A DNA stretch of 63,985 nt, the filler included, from Porpidia crustulata (lineage: Eukaryota): NCBI GenBank assembly GCA_964255105.1. It is 5 parts of 5 records of this genome, joined end to end, with 100 filler letters (N's around TTAATTAATTAA, not from the genome) between each part and the next. Parts side by side here need not be neighbours in the genome. Positions count along the whole stretch, not along the records: positions 1 to 12,831 come from CAXUWE010000481.1; 4 more parts are not named here. The stretch is one strand, 5' to 3'. The translations under genes were made by a program, and so were the position numbers. The first letter of the stretch is position 1. The number at the start of each line of letters is the position of its first letter. Positions 1 through 11,649 of this stretch are shown here, piece after piece. The notes under the pieces are model-generated. The model was not told the origin of the DNA. It made no database searches and saw nothing but the letters and a program-made list of their open reading frames with translations.

Positions 1-196
1 TTTCGTTTTCGCTAAATTCAAAAATCGGCCATACCAATTTGCACACAGCGATACTTTCCACATGTGATAAAGTCCGACTTCCGATCAAGGGTCTTCTGTC
101 TCACTAAACCCGACATTATGACCAAAGCTCAAAGGGCGACCGCAAAAGATATCAAAGCAGCAAAGTCAGCAAAATCTCGCTGCAATCACAAACACA

Positions 197-1126
197 ATGT
201 CGATCAACAATTTCGGTAACATGTTTGTCCCAGAGAGCCAAGCAAATGCTGGACCACCTCGCCTCGCGCCTTCCCCCATGCAGGCCCAGCAGCACCAGGT
301 CAATGGAAATGGCGCGAATATGAATGGCATGAATGTGGGAATGCCAATGAGTGCTGGGCAACAAATGGATGTAAACATGCTGTACCAGAAGGTCATTGAG
401 CTGAGTGAAGTGCTCAAGGAGAATCGGGAGAAGACTGCCGGGATCGTCGCTGGAGCTGAAGAGCTTGCCGTGAGTAGCATGGATTCTGGCGGCAAAATCA
501 CCACATCGACGGGGTTTCTTGCTGACGTTGAACTCAAATCAAGACTCGCGCAGCTGCCAATGGTGCAAGCCCAAGTTTACAGGAAGCAAATGCCGAGATA
601 ACTAGTAAGCCCCTGACCCTCAAATGCTCCTCGTCTGGTATCTTGGCTCACGCAATCACCAGCTGCACGCGTCGCAGACCTCGAAAAGCAACTCATCCGT
701 GAACAAGGCCGAGTCCGCGTCCTCGTGCGCGAGCAAAAAGAAAACACCAAACTCATCGGCGAATACGAGACCGCCGTCGGCAATATCGTGGAAATGGTAC
801 GCAACTATTCGTACAACAACAAGCAAAACGAGGCCACCATCCGACTACACTACAATAAGCTTCTTCAAGACGAGAAAGACGCACATCTCGAAGCTCGCTT
901 GGGGAAAGATGACTGGCACGCCAAGTTCATGCGCTCGGTCGAGATGCTGCGTGAAGCGTACCGCCTTCGCTGCGAGGAGGAAGACATACCGCTTCGGACA
1001 GTTGCGGGGTTGCAGAACGAAGTCCGCGGCTACCGCACTGCGCTCGGGATGGAACCGGAGAGGTTTGAAGATGAGTTTGGTTATGAGATTCTCAAGGACG
1101 TCAAGAATGCCGCATGGGAGCCTTGA
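197..1126 (+). CDS. Conserved fungal coiled-coil protein, probably SIKE/FGFR1OP2-like STRIPAK subunit (3 exons: 197-469, 544-604, 663-1126)
   Basis: GT..AG introns (gtgagt at 470, gtaagc at 605) join ORFs 197..601 and 725..1126 in frame. Coiled-coil segments 'ENTKLIGEYETAVGNIVEMVRNY' and 'GLQNEVRGYRTALG' resemble the SIKE family pattern. The gene is solid; the identity is tentative. Confidence 0.7.
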
Positions 1127-1561
1127 GAGGCAATTTCTTTACTTTGGGAACAAAGAAAGCATATTTTGAGCACGGCGTTGCATGATACCCGGTTAGCATG
1201 TCACTCTGTTGGAGTTTAGTGTTGGGGAGGAAGGACTTTCTAGGTGGGACTTCACTATTGCCTATTTGATGCGTAGTATTATGGTCTGTGGTCATGTACC
1301 CTTCGAAATTTATATATATCTCACAGAAACCTGCGACAAGAAAATGGCAGGCTGAGATCTTTTCTCACGACCTGTATACTGGAGTTCATTCTAGGCCAAA
1401 CTACCTTGGAGTCGTAGTCTAGACCGAGGCAACTCATGGTCCTCCTGCAACGTATGAGCCAACCCTAACAATACTCCATGTAGAGCTTGATACCCCTGCA
1501 GCAAGTGCTGTATACACGACCGTTGCTCTTCCAGATATATCATTCCTACCCTCCAATACTC

Positions 1562-1997
1562 TCAATTACTCCGCGCCCCACCCTTGGCCGCCCTCAACTC
1601 ATCCATCTTCGCGACCCTCTTCTTAAACTCCTCATATTGGCACTTCTCGTACGAATGTCTCTCGTCCTATTCACCGCATAGTCTCAGCAATCCTCTGCAC
1701 ACTCGGCTAGGGGAGGTATCTGAAGCATTCTGGAGGCGTACCACGCACTTCCACGGCAGATAGAATTCGTCGAATCGGCATTTGTTTAGAGGGATGAGGA
1801 GGTTGGCGCAGGAGTCTCGGTAGGCTAGGGGGAGACGGGCGGCGGACATTTCTTTCCTTGTAGCTGGGGCTGGTGTGTCTGTTGTGGGGCAGCAAGGTTA
1901 GGGGTTTGGATAGTCTCATGCTCGTTACCGTGGAGGGAGACTCACCACCTTTCTCCCCAAGCCCAAGCGCATTGCCAATGCTTTCTGTGACCGTCAT
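1562..1997 (-). CDS. NDUFB7: NADH:ubiquinone oxidoreductase B18 subunit (complex I), 3 exons (1997-1946, 1863-1742, 1666-1562)
   Basis: The spliced product reads ...ATRKEMSAARLPLAYRDSCANLLIPLNKCRFDEFYLPWKCVDERHSYEKCQYEEFKKRVAKMDELRAAKGGARSN*. The twin CX9C pattern is typical of B18, and splice sites are canonical. Confidence 0.95.
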
Positions 1998-3949
1998 GGC
2001 AACGATACCTTTACAGGTCGCAACTCTCGATAACAATACGTAAACTACTAAATAAGGCTGTCAAGCCGACTCCAGATCGTAAGATAGCCGCGCGACTACT
2101 ACGTAGCACGTGTAAAATTACATCGCGTAATCTATATACAGATAAATTACTTATTGCTGAAGATAAAATATGCAACATCAATTTTGTTGAGTATGTTTAC
2201 GACTCTTAATTGTAGTCTCAGCTGGAGAAGTTCGACTTCATTCCGCTTGGTAAATCGCTTTTGCAGCCGGGACATCAGGGACGAAAGCAATCCACATGTG
2301 TAGCGCCGCCCACCGACTCTCGATGTACAGGAAGAGACTATTCCTCCGACTGGGTTAGTGATATAGCCGGTGTAGATACGCCTAACGCGACGACTATTTC
2401 CATTTCGCAAAAATTGCAGCAATAATCAGCTGGGGCTTAGAAACAAGTCGAGCCTGCGAAGCTCGTCATGAATGGCCGACTAACTCTGCTCATCTAGATA
2501 ATGAGTCAATTGTCATACTTCTCACGGTAAGTATTCTCCAATTACGAGGACATGAATCCAATTTTGTCAGTGCCGAGACTTCGTTGTATTTCTGTCTCCT
2601 GGCAAAAGAGAGGGCTTTCCAATGCACTAGCTAGGCGCAATTTGATGATAAGTTATAAAAAAAAAGGAGAAGCTCAACAGCTCGGGGATGGAAAATCCCG
2701 TAGTCAAAAGGCCAAATGTTGGGCCTATCGGAGACGCGGCGCCAGGAATGACATGGATGCTATTTGCGTATTTCCTGGTTGATAGCGCTACAGTTGGGGT
2801 CTTTAGTGGGGGGCTGGCTCGAGGGTGTTTGGGATGACGATGAGTCGAGATATCTTGTTGGAGGAGGATATATGGAGTTAAGGATCACGACGTAGGCGAG
2901 AATTCTAGGGGATCGTTCGGTTTGGAAAATGTGTAGCAATAGCTGCTGTCAACGACAAGCTGCGTGAGTAGGCCAAATCTGGATGAACGGCTGAGACAAA
3001 TATTAGGGACGGATAGCGGTGGAAGGGAATGGGTGAGGTAAATCACTGATTGAGAGCACGAAGGCTAGCAGAGGCGATAAAAATGAGGATTATATCTAGA
3101 TAATGAACCGAAAAGGCGAAATCTGAAAATATCTCTACGAGAGTAGAGGGAGGAAAAGACACGGTAAGGAATGGATGAGGAGACGGAAGGGCTGGAAGAG
3201 ACCAGAGAGGAACGAATAATTGCTCTCACTATCAGGCGTCCTTTAGTGTGTGGCGGATTATTCAATTGTTCTGGTGCTATCGTGACCTGCGTATTAAAAC
3301 GAGGCGTACTATCGTCCCGCCAGCTGACGAAGACTCCTGCTCTTCATATAACAACGACCTCGAGTATCTGTATATGGCCAAATTAATAACACACATAAAA
3401 CACTCGCTCACCTTGTGCATGAGGGTAAGTGAAAATTTGCGAATGAAAAGGATGGAGGAGAAGAGAAGAGAAAGAGGGGTTGTTCCCGATACATAATTCG
3501 TGCCTCTCGCTACCGTCAGCAGGGCTCCTCGGCACTTTCTACGATGCATTAAGCCGCAGCATGGGCGGTGACTGAATAAGGCAATCCCTTGAACTCCTCC
3601 TGACTGAGAAGGAGATGTAGCACGTGATCGCTTAACGATGCAACTTCTTGCACAGGGTCCATTCCACCTATTCTCGTAGCAATTTGCCCACAAGGAAGCG
3701 AGCTTTCAAAGTGGAAGAGGAGGAGAATCTTAAATGATCAGAGCACTGCAGATGATGGGAGACTTGTATCATACCTGAGTAGAACTTGCACATCCCATCT
3801 GCTTTTCTCTGATCAAAATCCGGAAGTACAGTGCATAGCCACAATTCTCAGCATCCAAACACACAGCCCCATCACGTTGACTCTACAAGGCTCCATCAGT
3901 GCTTCATATTCAAGCATGTTGAAGCCTCTATCTGGTCATTTCGACTTTC

Positions 3950-6144
3950 ATGGACCCACTGTCGTTGACCGCCAGCTTGATCGCTGTAGGCCAGGGTGCC
4001 CGGACCGGCCTTGATACTATCAAAAGGATCAAAGCCATCTGGAAAGCACCCACAGAGATCGAAGACCTAAAAGTCAAGCTCCAAGAGCTCGACGAAACTT
4101 TAAACGATATTCTATCTTTTGTTTCAGAGTCACAAGGACTTACATTCGGCAAGAGCCTTGCCTCACCTGTTGCAAGGGCAAAAGCAATTGTTGCGAGGGT
4201 TAATGACCTTTTGCAATCTAAATCACTCGATCGCTTACGTTTGAGCAATGCGAATCAAGTGCGATTCAACTTCATGAGGAATGGTAGCGAAGCCATGTTG
4301 TTGATTACTGACCTCCAAATCGTTCGCATGGATCTTTGCGTCCAATTTGGACTAGTCACTGCGTTCGTCTCCCATTTCCCTACCCCCGATACTATTTTTC
4401 TTAGTCCTTGACTCGGTACTTACTTTGATGTAGATCCATGTTGAAACAGGTCAAGTCAACCGTCAGCCTCTCGATCGAGGCATATGATCAGGCCTTTGAG
4501 CGGATGTCGCAGCAGCTCGCAATTGTAATAAATCAAACATCTGTTTCAAACATTTCTCAGGCAACCTCGAGCTTGGTCGCTAGTAGGACTAGCGGTGCAG
4601 CTGGCCTCTCAACGGCAGCGACTTCGGATCGTAATAAAGACGATTTTGCGATATTAGGCTTTGGCGACTCAGTAGCTTCTAACCCTCGGGTAATTGATTT
4701 GGAAAGTGAAGGAATACCAGATCAAGAATGTCAAGCTTGGTGCAGCTGCCGATGTCATCAGCGACGTATACTCAAATCGCCATGGATATTTGACAGCGTC
4801 CTTGGAAGTCTGCAAATACACTTCACTGGTGGCCGGTCAGATTGTAACGAGTATAGATGTAGACGCTCAGAAAAGGCGCCAACATCTATACTTTACCGCT
4901 TTCCGCAATATCTTCTCAGCCGGTATGTGGCATTGACTATGCACTGGGCGCTATTAGATGGACCAAAATACTCGCTACGCTTTCCCCGAGTGACGGACTG
5001 GTCGCATGTTTATTGGAACTACTGCGTTCAAGGCGATCTGGAAGCAATCCAAAAGCTTTTTTCATCAGGGAAAGCTTCGGCTTCGGACCTTAACTTGATA
5101 GGCGGAAATGCTTTGATTTACAATTCCGTTCGCAGCAATCTTCGACTAACGAAATTTTTGCTAGAAAATGGCGCAGATCTTGAGGTTAAAGATGATTCAG
5201 GCACTGTCGCTGGCGACGAACTCTGGAAAAGTGCGCTGGGTGGAGATTACGGAAGCGATAGTCTCAGCATTGTTAAAAGTATAACGAGGAATATTGACAG
5301 TGACTATATGGAAAGACGGCGGTTCACTCTCTTACACAAGATCGTCCTTGCTTTGAGTGAGAGAAATTTAGAGGAGGAACTGGAACTGAGTACGGCTTTC
5401 CTTAACCAAGGCGACGCACAACAAAGGACACCGTTATGCTGGGCAGTTGTTCGAAACGATATTACTGCTGTTAATATTCTTCTTTCTTATAATGCCTGTC
5501 CCAACCTTGTCGATGAAAATAATCGATCCCCGCTCAGCTACGCATGGAGTGGCACTGTTTGCAAGTTGCTATTGAAAGCGGGAGCGGATGTTAACATTCG
5601 TGATTCAAGCTTCCAGCGGACTGCTTTACATCATCTCTGCCATGAACGGAGTGCGACGGTAGAATGTGTCGAGTTATTGGTCGAAGCAGGCTTGGACGTT
5701 GATGTTCGAGATACCCATAGCGAGACGCCTCTTCTCGTCGCCGTCTTCAAGCATCATACGGCTGTTGCCGAGAAACTCATCGACCTAGGTGCCGATATTG
5801 ATTCGGAGAATCTGCCCAGCAACGATAATGCTATTCGTGTTGCTATTTGGCATAATCGCTCGGAGATCATACCGTTGCTTCTTTCGAGAGGCGCAAATTA
5901 CAGAACGATCAATAGCAATGGAAGGAACATTGCGCACACTGCAGCTACCAGCGCCAATACTAGCGTTATTGAAATCTTAGCAAATGCCAACCTAGAAGGC
6001 CTAGATTTCCAATTACGGGACAAGAATGGGAAGACACCGTTTGACTACCTAAACGAACGTGAGGTCTTGGTTGATGCAGAACTCGGTATCCGTGAAGCTT
6101 TTAACAGATGGGCAGCACAATCTCAACGTTATAAGACAGGGTGA
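3950..6144 (+). CDS. Ankyrin-repeat protein with N-terminal fungal STAND-associated (HeLo-like) helical domain; exons 3950-4362 and 4434-6144
   Basis: The N-terminus 'MDPLSLTASLIAV...KAPTEIEDL' is typical of the fungal STAND N-terminal helical domain. The intron gttcgt..tgtag keeps frame. There is a central C-x-x-W-C-S-C-R-C-H motif and several ankyrin repeats (RTPLCWAV, RSPLSYA, RTALHHL, ETPLLVAV, GRNIAHTAA). Confidence 0.88.
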
Positions 6145-6283
6145 TCTCGCAAACGAATCAGGGAATGAAATCTGATACCAGCAGACAGCAGAAAAGGCTT
6201 TTCTCCTAATGGCAGATAACTTTCTCAAAAGCTATATACTGCCGATTCTCTATCCCACATCCTACATTCCTCTCTTCATCGTC

Positions 6284-7525
6284 TCACACCTCTCGCAACA
6301 ACGACCCTCGCTTAAACGGCGCAATCGGTCGAAACTCCACTCGTGGCGGAAGCTTTTCCGGGCACCAAAACAGCATGGCATGTCTTAAGTAGCACGCATA
6401 CGTGCCCGGAACACAGTCCGAGCCCATATACTTCCTCCACAGCGAACCCAGCGTCTGATTATACATTTTGAGAATCATGCCGTGCGCCAGCTTGAAGGCA
6501 AAACTTCTCCGGAGGCACTCCTCCACGATCTCTTGCGCCAGTTTCTGTTCGGCACTATTCTCCGTCTCACCTTCCTTCGGCAGCTGCAAGGACATGAGCT
6601 CAAAGGCTCGGAAGCCGTTCCACTTCGTATATGAGTTGATAAATTGGGAGCCTTCTATATATTCGATGGCGTAAATATGCTTGGCAGAGTATTCAGGCCC
6701 ATCCCACTCGTCGTCCTTGTCAACGAGACCCATGACCAGTGACATCACCTGGACCTGGATGATGTAGTCTGTCAGCAGCATTCTCGCCTTACACCGCGGA
6801 ATGATGCACCCTGTTTGAACTTCAGCATCATACGTCAAATCACTGCCCAAGAGCTCTGTGCCATTGAGCAAAGGGCTGCTGTGCATTCCCTCCGTGCTTG
6901 TCTTACCACCATCGTCCGCCCACAGCTTCAGCAACAGCTTATGGGATCTTTCAAAGAGCGCATTGTTGCGCTTGGACATGAGAAAGTAATTGGACAAGAA
7001 GCGCTCATTGACGGTGCCACAGTTATATGAGACGATCTCGTAAGGCGAGGCTGGATTGTCAACCATCTCATTCCAAAAACGATCGATATTGCCAATCTGC
7101 ATTAAATCAACGTCCGCGTAGACTCCACCGTATTTGAGCAACAGCGGGAATCGCACGAGATCGGACATGTGCTGAAGGGGATAGTCGCCGCCGATGGTGT
7201 TGTCGATGAAGGAACGGGGAAAATTTTCTTCGCTTTTGGTGTTCAAAAAGTTTTCTAGATTGAGCAGCGAGAAGGGCTGTCGATTGATAACCCGGACAAC
7301 CCAGCCGGCTTTAGAGAAGCGGCGGTGCCAAGCGCGGACAGTGCGTTGACTGCAAGGATGCATGTTCAAAAAGCCGCTGTGCCAGAAAAACCAAATGTTC
7401 TTCTCGTTTGTGACGAGCTTGGAATGGAGGATGTCATGGTCGACGTCCAAATCCGGGCGCAGATCTAAGCGATCGTGTGGAATGGCACGCAGACCTCTGG
7501 GTATCGGATAGCGTGGAGCCTCCAT
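6284..7525 (-). CDS. Capsular-polysaccharide-synthesis-like DXD glycosyltransferase (GT32-like)
   Basis: Intronless 413-aa ORF with 'KNIWFFWHSG' and 'SDLVRFPLLLKYGGVYADVD', the GT32/Caps_synth DXD signature. Confidence 0.88.
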   Translation of the reverse strand: MEAPRYPIPRGLRAIPHDRLDLRPDLDVDHDILHSKLVTNEKNIWFFWHSGFLNMHPCSQRTVRAWHRRFSKAGWVVRVINRQPFSLLNLENFLNTKSEENFPRSFIDNTIGGDYPLQHMSDLVRFPLLLKYGGVYADVDLMQIGNIDRFWNEMVDNPASPYEIVSYNCGTVNERFLSNYFLMSKRNNALFERSHKLLLKLWADDGGKTSTEGMHSSPLLNGTELLGSDLTYDAEVQTGCIIPRCKARMLLTDYIIQVQVMSLVMGLVDKDDEWDGPEYSAKHIYAIEYIEGSQFINSYTKWNGFRAFELMSLQLPKEGETENSAEQKLAQEIVEECLRRSFAFKLAHGMILKMYNQTLGSLWRKYMGSDCVPGTYACYLRHAMLFWCPEKLPPRVEFRPIAPFKRGSLLREV

Positions 7526-8179
7526 AGCATGTTACTCATATTGGCGTAAGGAAATGCTTTTGGATCAGGTTATGTGCACAAATAGATGATGATACATCTT
7601 TTCCAATAATATAAGCATATCCTCAGATCGTACTTAGTGCAGATTTTCGAGTTCGACAAGAGGTTTTTATATTCGCGCCTGCAAATCCCGCAATAAGCGC
7701 GCAACTGATTGCCTTACTGCTAAGAACTCTCTATCTTCCCCAGCCTTCCGTCTTGAGACAATGCCTCTTGTTCAGAAACAAACGCCCATCTCCGATTCAA
7801 ATGCGAGATACTGCCCCTGCGTCTTATCGAGTCTCTTTACACCCGAATTTCTTTTCTCTCGTGCGTTTATTCAGTGTATGCTCATACTTGCAGATGCAAG
7901 TACGAGATTTGTTAGGATCCAGATCTGCAGAGGGGTATGTAGATTCAGGTTTCGGGGTGCAAATATAATGGTTTCAATAATTGCATTAGATTTCATCGAT
8001 ATAGAATTAAATTTGGTAGGGACAGACGGATCGTTTGGTGTATTCAAAATTGTTGATGATCGTTAGGTTGCAGTTATATATCGTAATAAAGACGTCGCTA
8101 TACTGTTGATAATGGATTGGGAACCCGTCGAGGTGTTGGGATCGCTCTGGCCGGGCAGCTTCTACGATGTCTTACTCAA

Positions 8180-8274
8180 GTTCGGTCAAAACCCTAGCTC
8201 GGTCATATCGGTTTGAGCTTGATCATATGACCCTAGTCCTTGGTCATGTGACCGAGCTGGGGATTTGACCGAAC
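8180..8274. repeat. 29-bp imperfect inverted repeat (hairpin or MITE-like remnant)
   Basis: 8180-8208 gttcggtcaaaaccctagctcggtcatat is the reverse complement of 8246-8274 atgtgaccgagctggggatttgaccgaac with 3 mismatches. Confidence 0.8.
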
Positions 8275-8453
8275 CACGGTAGGGGTGTGTATGGGCACTC
8301 TAGTTACTCTATACGGAACGTTTCAGCCATCTTACCTGCAACGACAATTAGCTTCGACCAGCGCAAAGCTCCTCGTCGACAGTCAGAGGACTTGCATTGG
8401 AAAAGTGGTTTTGACATGACGGATATGTATACGCATGTACTTCGTGCATCACG

Positions 8454-9916
8454 TCAGTTCGGACGCACGCGCTTCTTAGTCGGGGGCTCCGATTCTCCGT
8501 TGGATTCGGACGAGTTTGTAATGCGCATAGGACTCAAGCTTGGCACATTGATGACTGTATAGGTCGAATCAACAGACACTGATAGCCGCGGAGACTTTGG
8601 GCTTGTGGACCATGGTGTTGTAAGTGCCAGATCATCCGGAGAGCTTTGCCCGTCACCCCGAGAAGTATCGATAGGAGCTAGATGCCGTTGACTGATACTC
8701 CTACGGTGAATCTGGGATAAGTTATTGATGAAGGGTGTTGCAGCTTTCCAAACTATGGACTGCCTCGACTGCATGGTCCCCCAATGAACGCCGTTGGCTG
8801 GGACAGCGTTACTTCCGAACATTTCGTTAATCTGTTCCGCAAAGAGTTTGATTTGCTCTCCTGTGGGTTTCATTTCAAAGTCGAAATGTAGCGTCAGGAT
8901 CTGTTGCCGGAGTAGATCTTCCGGTGTGTCATCCTTTTGGAAGTTTGGCTTCTCAGAGCCTACCTCTTGTAACGGGTGAAGCATGATGCGACCTGCCGAG
9001 AGATCGTTGTTCCGGTTACGGCTGGATAGAATAGGCTCCTGGTTCTTGGGTAGCTGCGGATACTTGTTAATCTTCTTTAAAGGTCCACGGTCGTAAAACG
9101 GCTTTCATTAGCCAATGCCTTCAGAGCCCAGATAAGGCCTGAGGTAAAAGACTCAGGTCCACAATAACGCGTTACGTCCATCCTTGTGGCTGCTAGGTAC
9201 TCGAACTTTCTAGACTTTGTTAGCCTCACCGTAGGGTTGGGGAAAGGGGTGCTGACGTCTGGGGGCCTTTGTTAAACGTGATGTTACCAGTATAGCAACT
9301 TCAGATATACATCAGCAAATGCTATTCGGCATGCAGACAGTTGTGGATTTACCAATCGAAGATTTCGAGAACATCTGCTCCAGCCGGTCTTAGCATGTCC
9401 TCGGTGATGTTCCACACTAGGGTGTCCAAGGTCCGTGGTGGGTCATTAGGCGACTCTCGTCTACGAACTTTAGTGGTAGATAGAAACCTAGATGTTCCTC
9501 ACTAACTCAATCAGTTCCAGATGACCAAAAGATTTGCCCGGTCGGCCATGACCGCTGTAGTAGACTATGAGCAAATTGTCTCGCCCATCGCGTTTGTGGA
9601 CAAAATTGGCCACTATGGCATTAATGCAGACCTGCAATTTATGCTCATCTTTGCTCTCTATGCGTTCGACGTAGCTTTCGTAATGGTATTGATGTTCAAA
9701 AACATCTTTGAGGGCCTCTACCTCTGATATCAAGTCATCGAACGCCCCCTCCCAACAGAGAAGTAAAGCCGCAACCTTTTTGTAGGTCGAGGGATTCTTA
9801 TAGTTCCCCTTGGCGATGCTGTTGCTGAAAATGACTTGCAAATTTGAGTTGTCCCCTTCATCTTGCTCTTTGAAGTTGACGATTGTGTTGTCCACTGATT
9901 GACGTGTGGTTTTCAT
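8454..9916 (-). CDS. Caspase-like (clan CD, peptidase C14-type) protein; exons ~9916-9507, 9460-9353, 9298-9257, 9209-8454, with one frameshift near 9080
   Basis: Motifs 'YKKVAALLLCWE', 'LLIVYYSGHG' (catalytic His), spliced 'DVLEIFDCCYTG' (catalytic Cys), then 'FEYLAAT' and 'GPESFTSGLIWAL'. All introns are GT-AG and in phase. The frame breaks at 'gac ctt taa' and resumes one base shifted into ORF 8454..8984. Start codon uncertain. Confidence 0.78.
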
Positions 9917-10476
9917 TGATGGTACTTTTTCTGACAACTTCCCGAGCTGTATATTTACTTTGGATTGGCGACAAGACCGATTAATATACTTTCAAATTTT
10001 GGTGAATATAGAAGATTGACATCTACTTTTCTGATAAGTTTCGATGAAGATGCAAAAATAAGAAAGACTGAAGCAATGATATATTTCAAATTAAGGGTAT
10101 CACAACGCCATCTTCGATTGAGCCGCGGCATTAGCCTTAGATCTAGGTTTCGTATATGTAAGCGCCCAGGCATCTGCAGCCTCGCCGGACAAATTATTCG
10201 TTTTCCGCCGTGGCCTATCAGGCACTCGTTCTTGTTTTTGGGTTGTCGCTCCCAATGCCAAGAGTCAACCATACGGTGTGGTATCAGAGAAGGCTATGCA
10301 ATCTCAAGACAGTCTAAAGCCTTCAGAATGTGCATAAAATGATGGTCCAGATAGGCTGTTTAGACTTTTTCGCCCAGCTCATCCGTTGGCAAAGCGGACA
10401 GAGGGGCTTCGATGTTGCCTAACCTTCTACTACTGAAGTGTCCTCTGATAATCCACCCATACAGATCAGAATCTCG

Positions 10477-10698
10477 CTGTGCTGGGGCATAGCCTACTAG
10501 GGTAAGTGTAAGGCTTCAAAGCTTCCTTATGAGCTTGTGCGTTGGCAAGGCGAATAAGGCGAATAGCGAGGCGTTGATGTTGCATGACCTTCTGCTCCAA
10601 AGGTATCCTATGAGGACCCGCCCATCCAAAGAAGAATCCTACTGTGCTGGGGCATAGCCTACTAGGATAAGTGTGAGGCTTCAAAGCTTGCTTATGAG
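10477..10698. repeat. 57-bp direct repeat, two copies (10477-10533 and 10642-10698)
   Basis: ctgtgctggggcatagcctactagg(g/a)taagtgt(a/g)aggcttcaaagctt(c/g)cttatgag; 3 mismatches, copies 165 nt apart. Confidence 0.92.
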
Positions 10699-10846
10699 TG
10701 CGCGACATGAGCTGCGAAGAGCCTTAAGTTGAACAAAATTATAGATTGTAGCGGTTCGCAATCTTAAGCCTGTATTGCCTCAACGACGGCCCGCTAATTA
10801 TTCTTGGCTTTCGCTGCATATTCGCGACATCGTACAAACAGCATGG

Positions 10847-11210
10847 ATGATCAACAAGGTGTCAGATCTTCACATGATGGGTATGGCTCTGGCTTGGACT
10901 AAGAGTTCCGTAGGATGAGCCGTACAATCCCTTATACAAAGGCGACGCTGAACGAAGAGTCTCTGCCAGCGCCCAGCAAGTAAGTATACAGCGTCATCGT
11001 GAGAAGTAACCTGACGAGATCATGTAGCGTCCACGCAAGTATCCGGACGGCAAGCAGCTTATGATGAAAAATAAGCAAGGTATTTTTCAGTACGATGTCA
11101 CGATCGTGAGCGCACAGTACGACAGAGACAAGCATAAGTGGCTGTATACACTTAAAGATTATAAGGACGAGGCAATCCCAGAGCCCGTTGGTGAAACCGA
11201 GCTCGGGTGA
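10847..11210 (+). CDS. Small (~85 aa) hypothetical protein, 3 exons (first exon uncertain; 10914-10979; 11028-11210), possible small beta-barrel (SH3/Tudor-like)
   Basis: Branch/acceptor ggactaa..ccgtag at 10913, donor gtaagt at 10980, branch ctgac plus catgtag at 11027. Exons of 66 and 183 nt give the open frame DEPYNPLYKGDAERRVSASAQQ-RPRKYPDGKQLMMKNKQGIFQYDVTIVSAQYDRDKHKWLYTLKDYKDEAIPEPVGETELG*. Confidence 0.62.
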
Positions 11211-11649
11211 TTGAAGTCGTGGTCCGCGAATCTCAGGTATTTTTTGGGAGCAATGTTGTTGGGTCGGGCGTATGGAGGTACATAGAAGGCTAGCCAGTGA
11301 GATAGAGCACTACAACTTTAGCATACTTCAATCAAAGTATAAGAAGTTTCGTTGCGTAGACAACCAGTAGCATCGCAGGTTTCAAGTCTGATATGTCGTC
11401 CACGGCAAGTCAACTGGAGAAGGGAGTAGGAGAGTCCTCGTCCTCTCTCCAGGACACACTCACAGTGAGCCAAAACTTGTCGAGATGCGTACCTCTCTAC
11501 ACACGCTGTATGCACCATATTTTCCATGCTCCTTCATAGCCTAATCATTGTTAGTCTCATCAGGCTTTGCGACATTGCTTCAACGTTTCAAGTCTTTTGG
11601 CTGGCCATGGATCCGAAACAGGGCACCAGAATTGCAAGTCCATGGGAGT

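Noticed and set aside
4500..4700. Possible amyloid signalling motif after the HeLo-like domain
   Set aside because: The linker is Ser/Thr/Ala-rich with no HET-s-, PP- or sigma-like N/G/Q pseudo-repeat pattern.
10477..10698. Repeat-spacer-repeat that superficially resembles a CRISPR unit
   Set aside because: Only two copies, 57 bp long with a 108-nt spacer, in a eukaryotic context with no cas genes.
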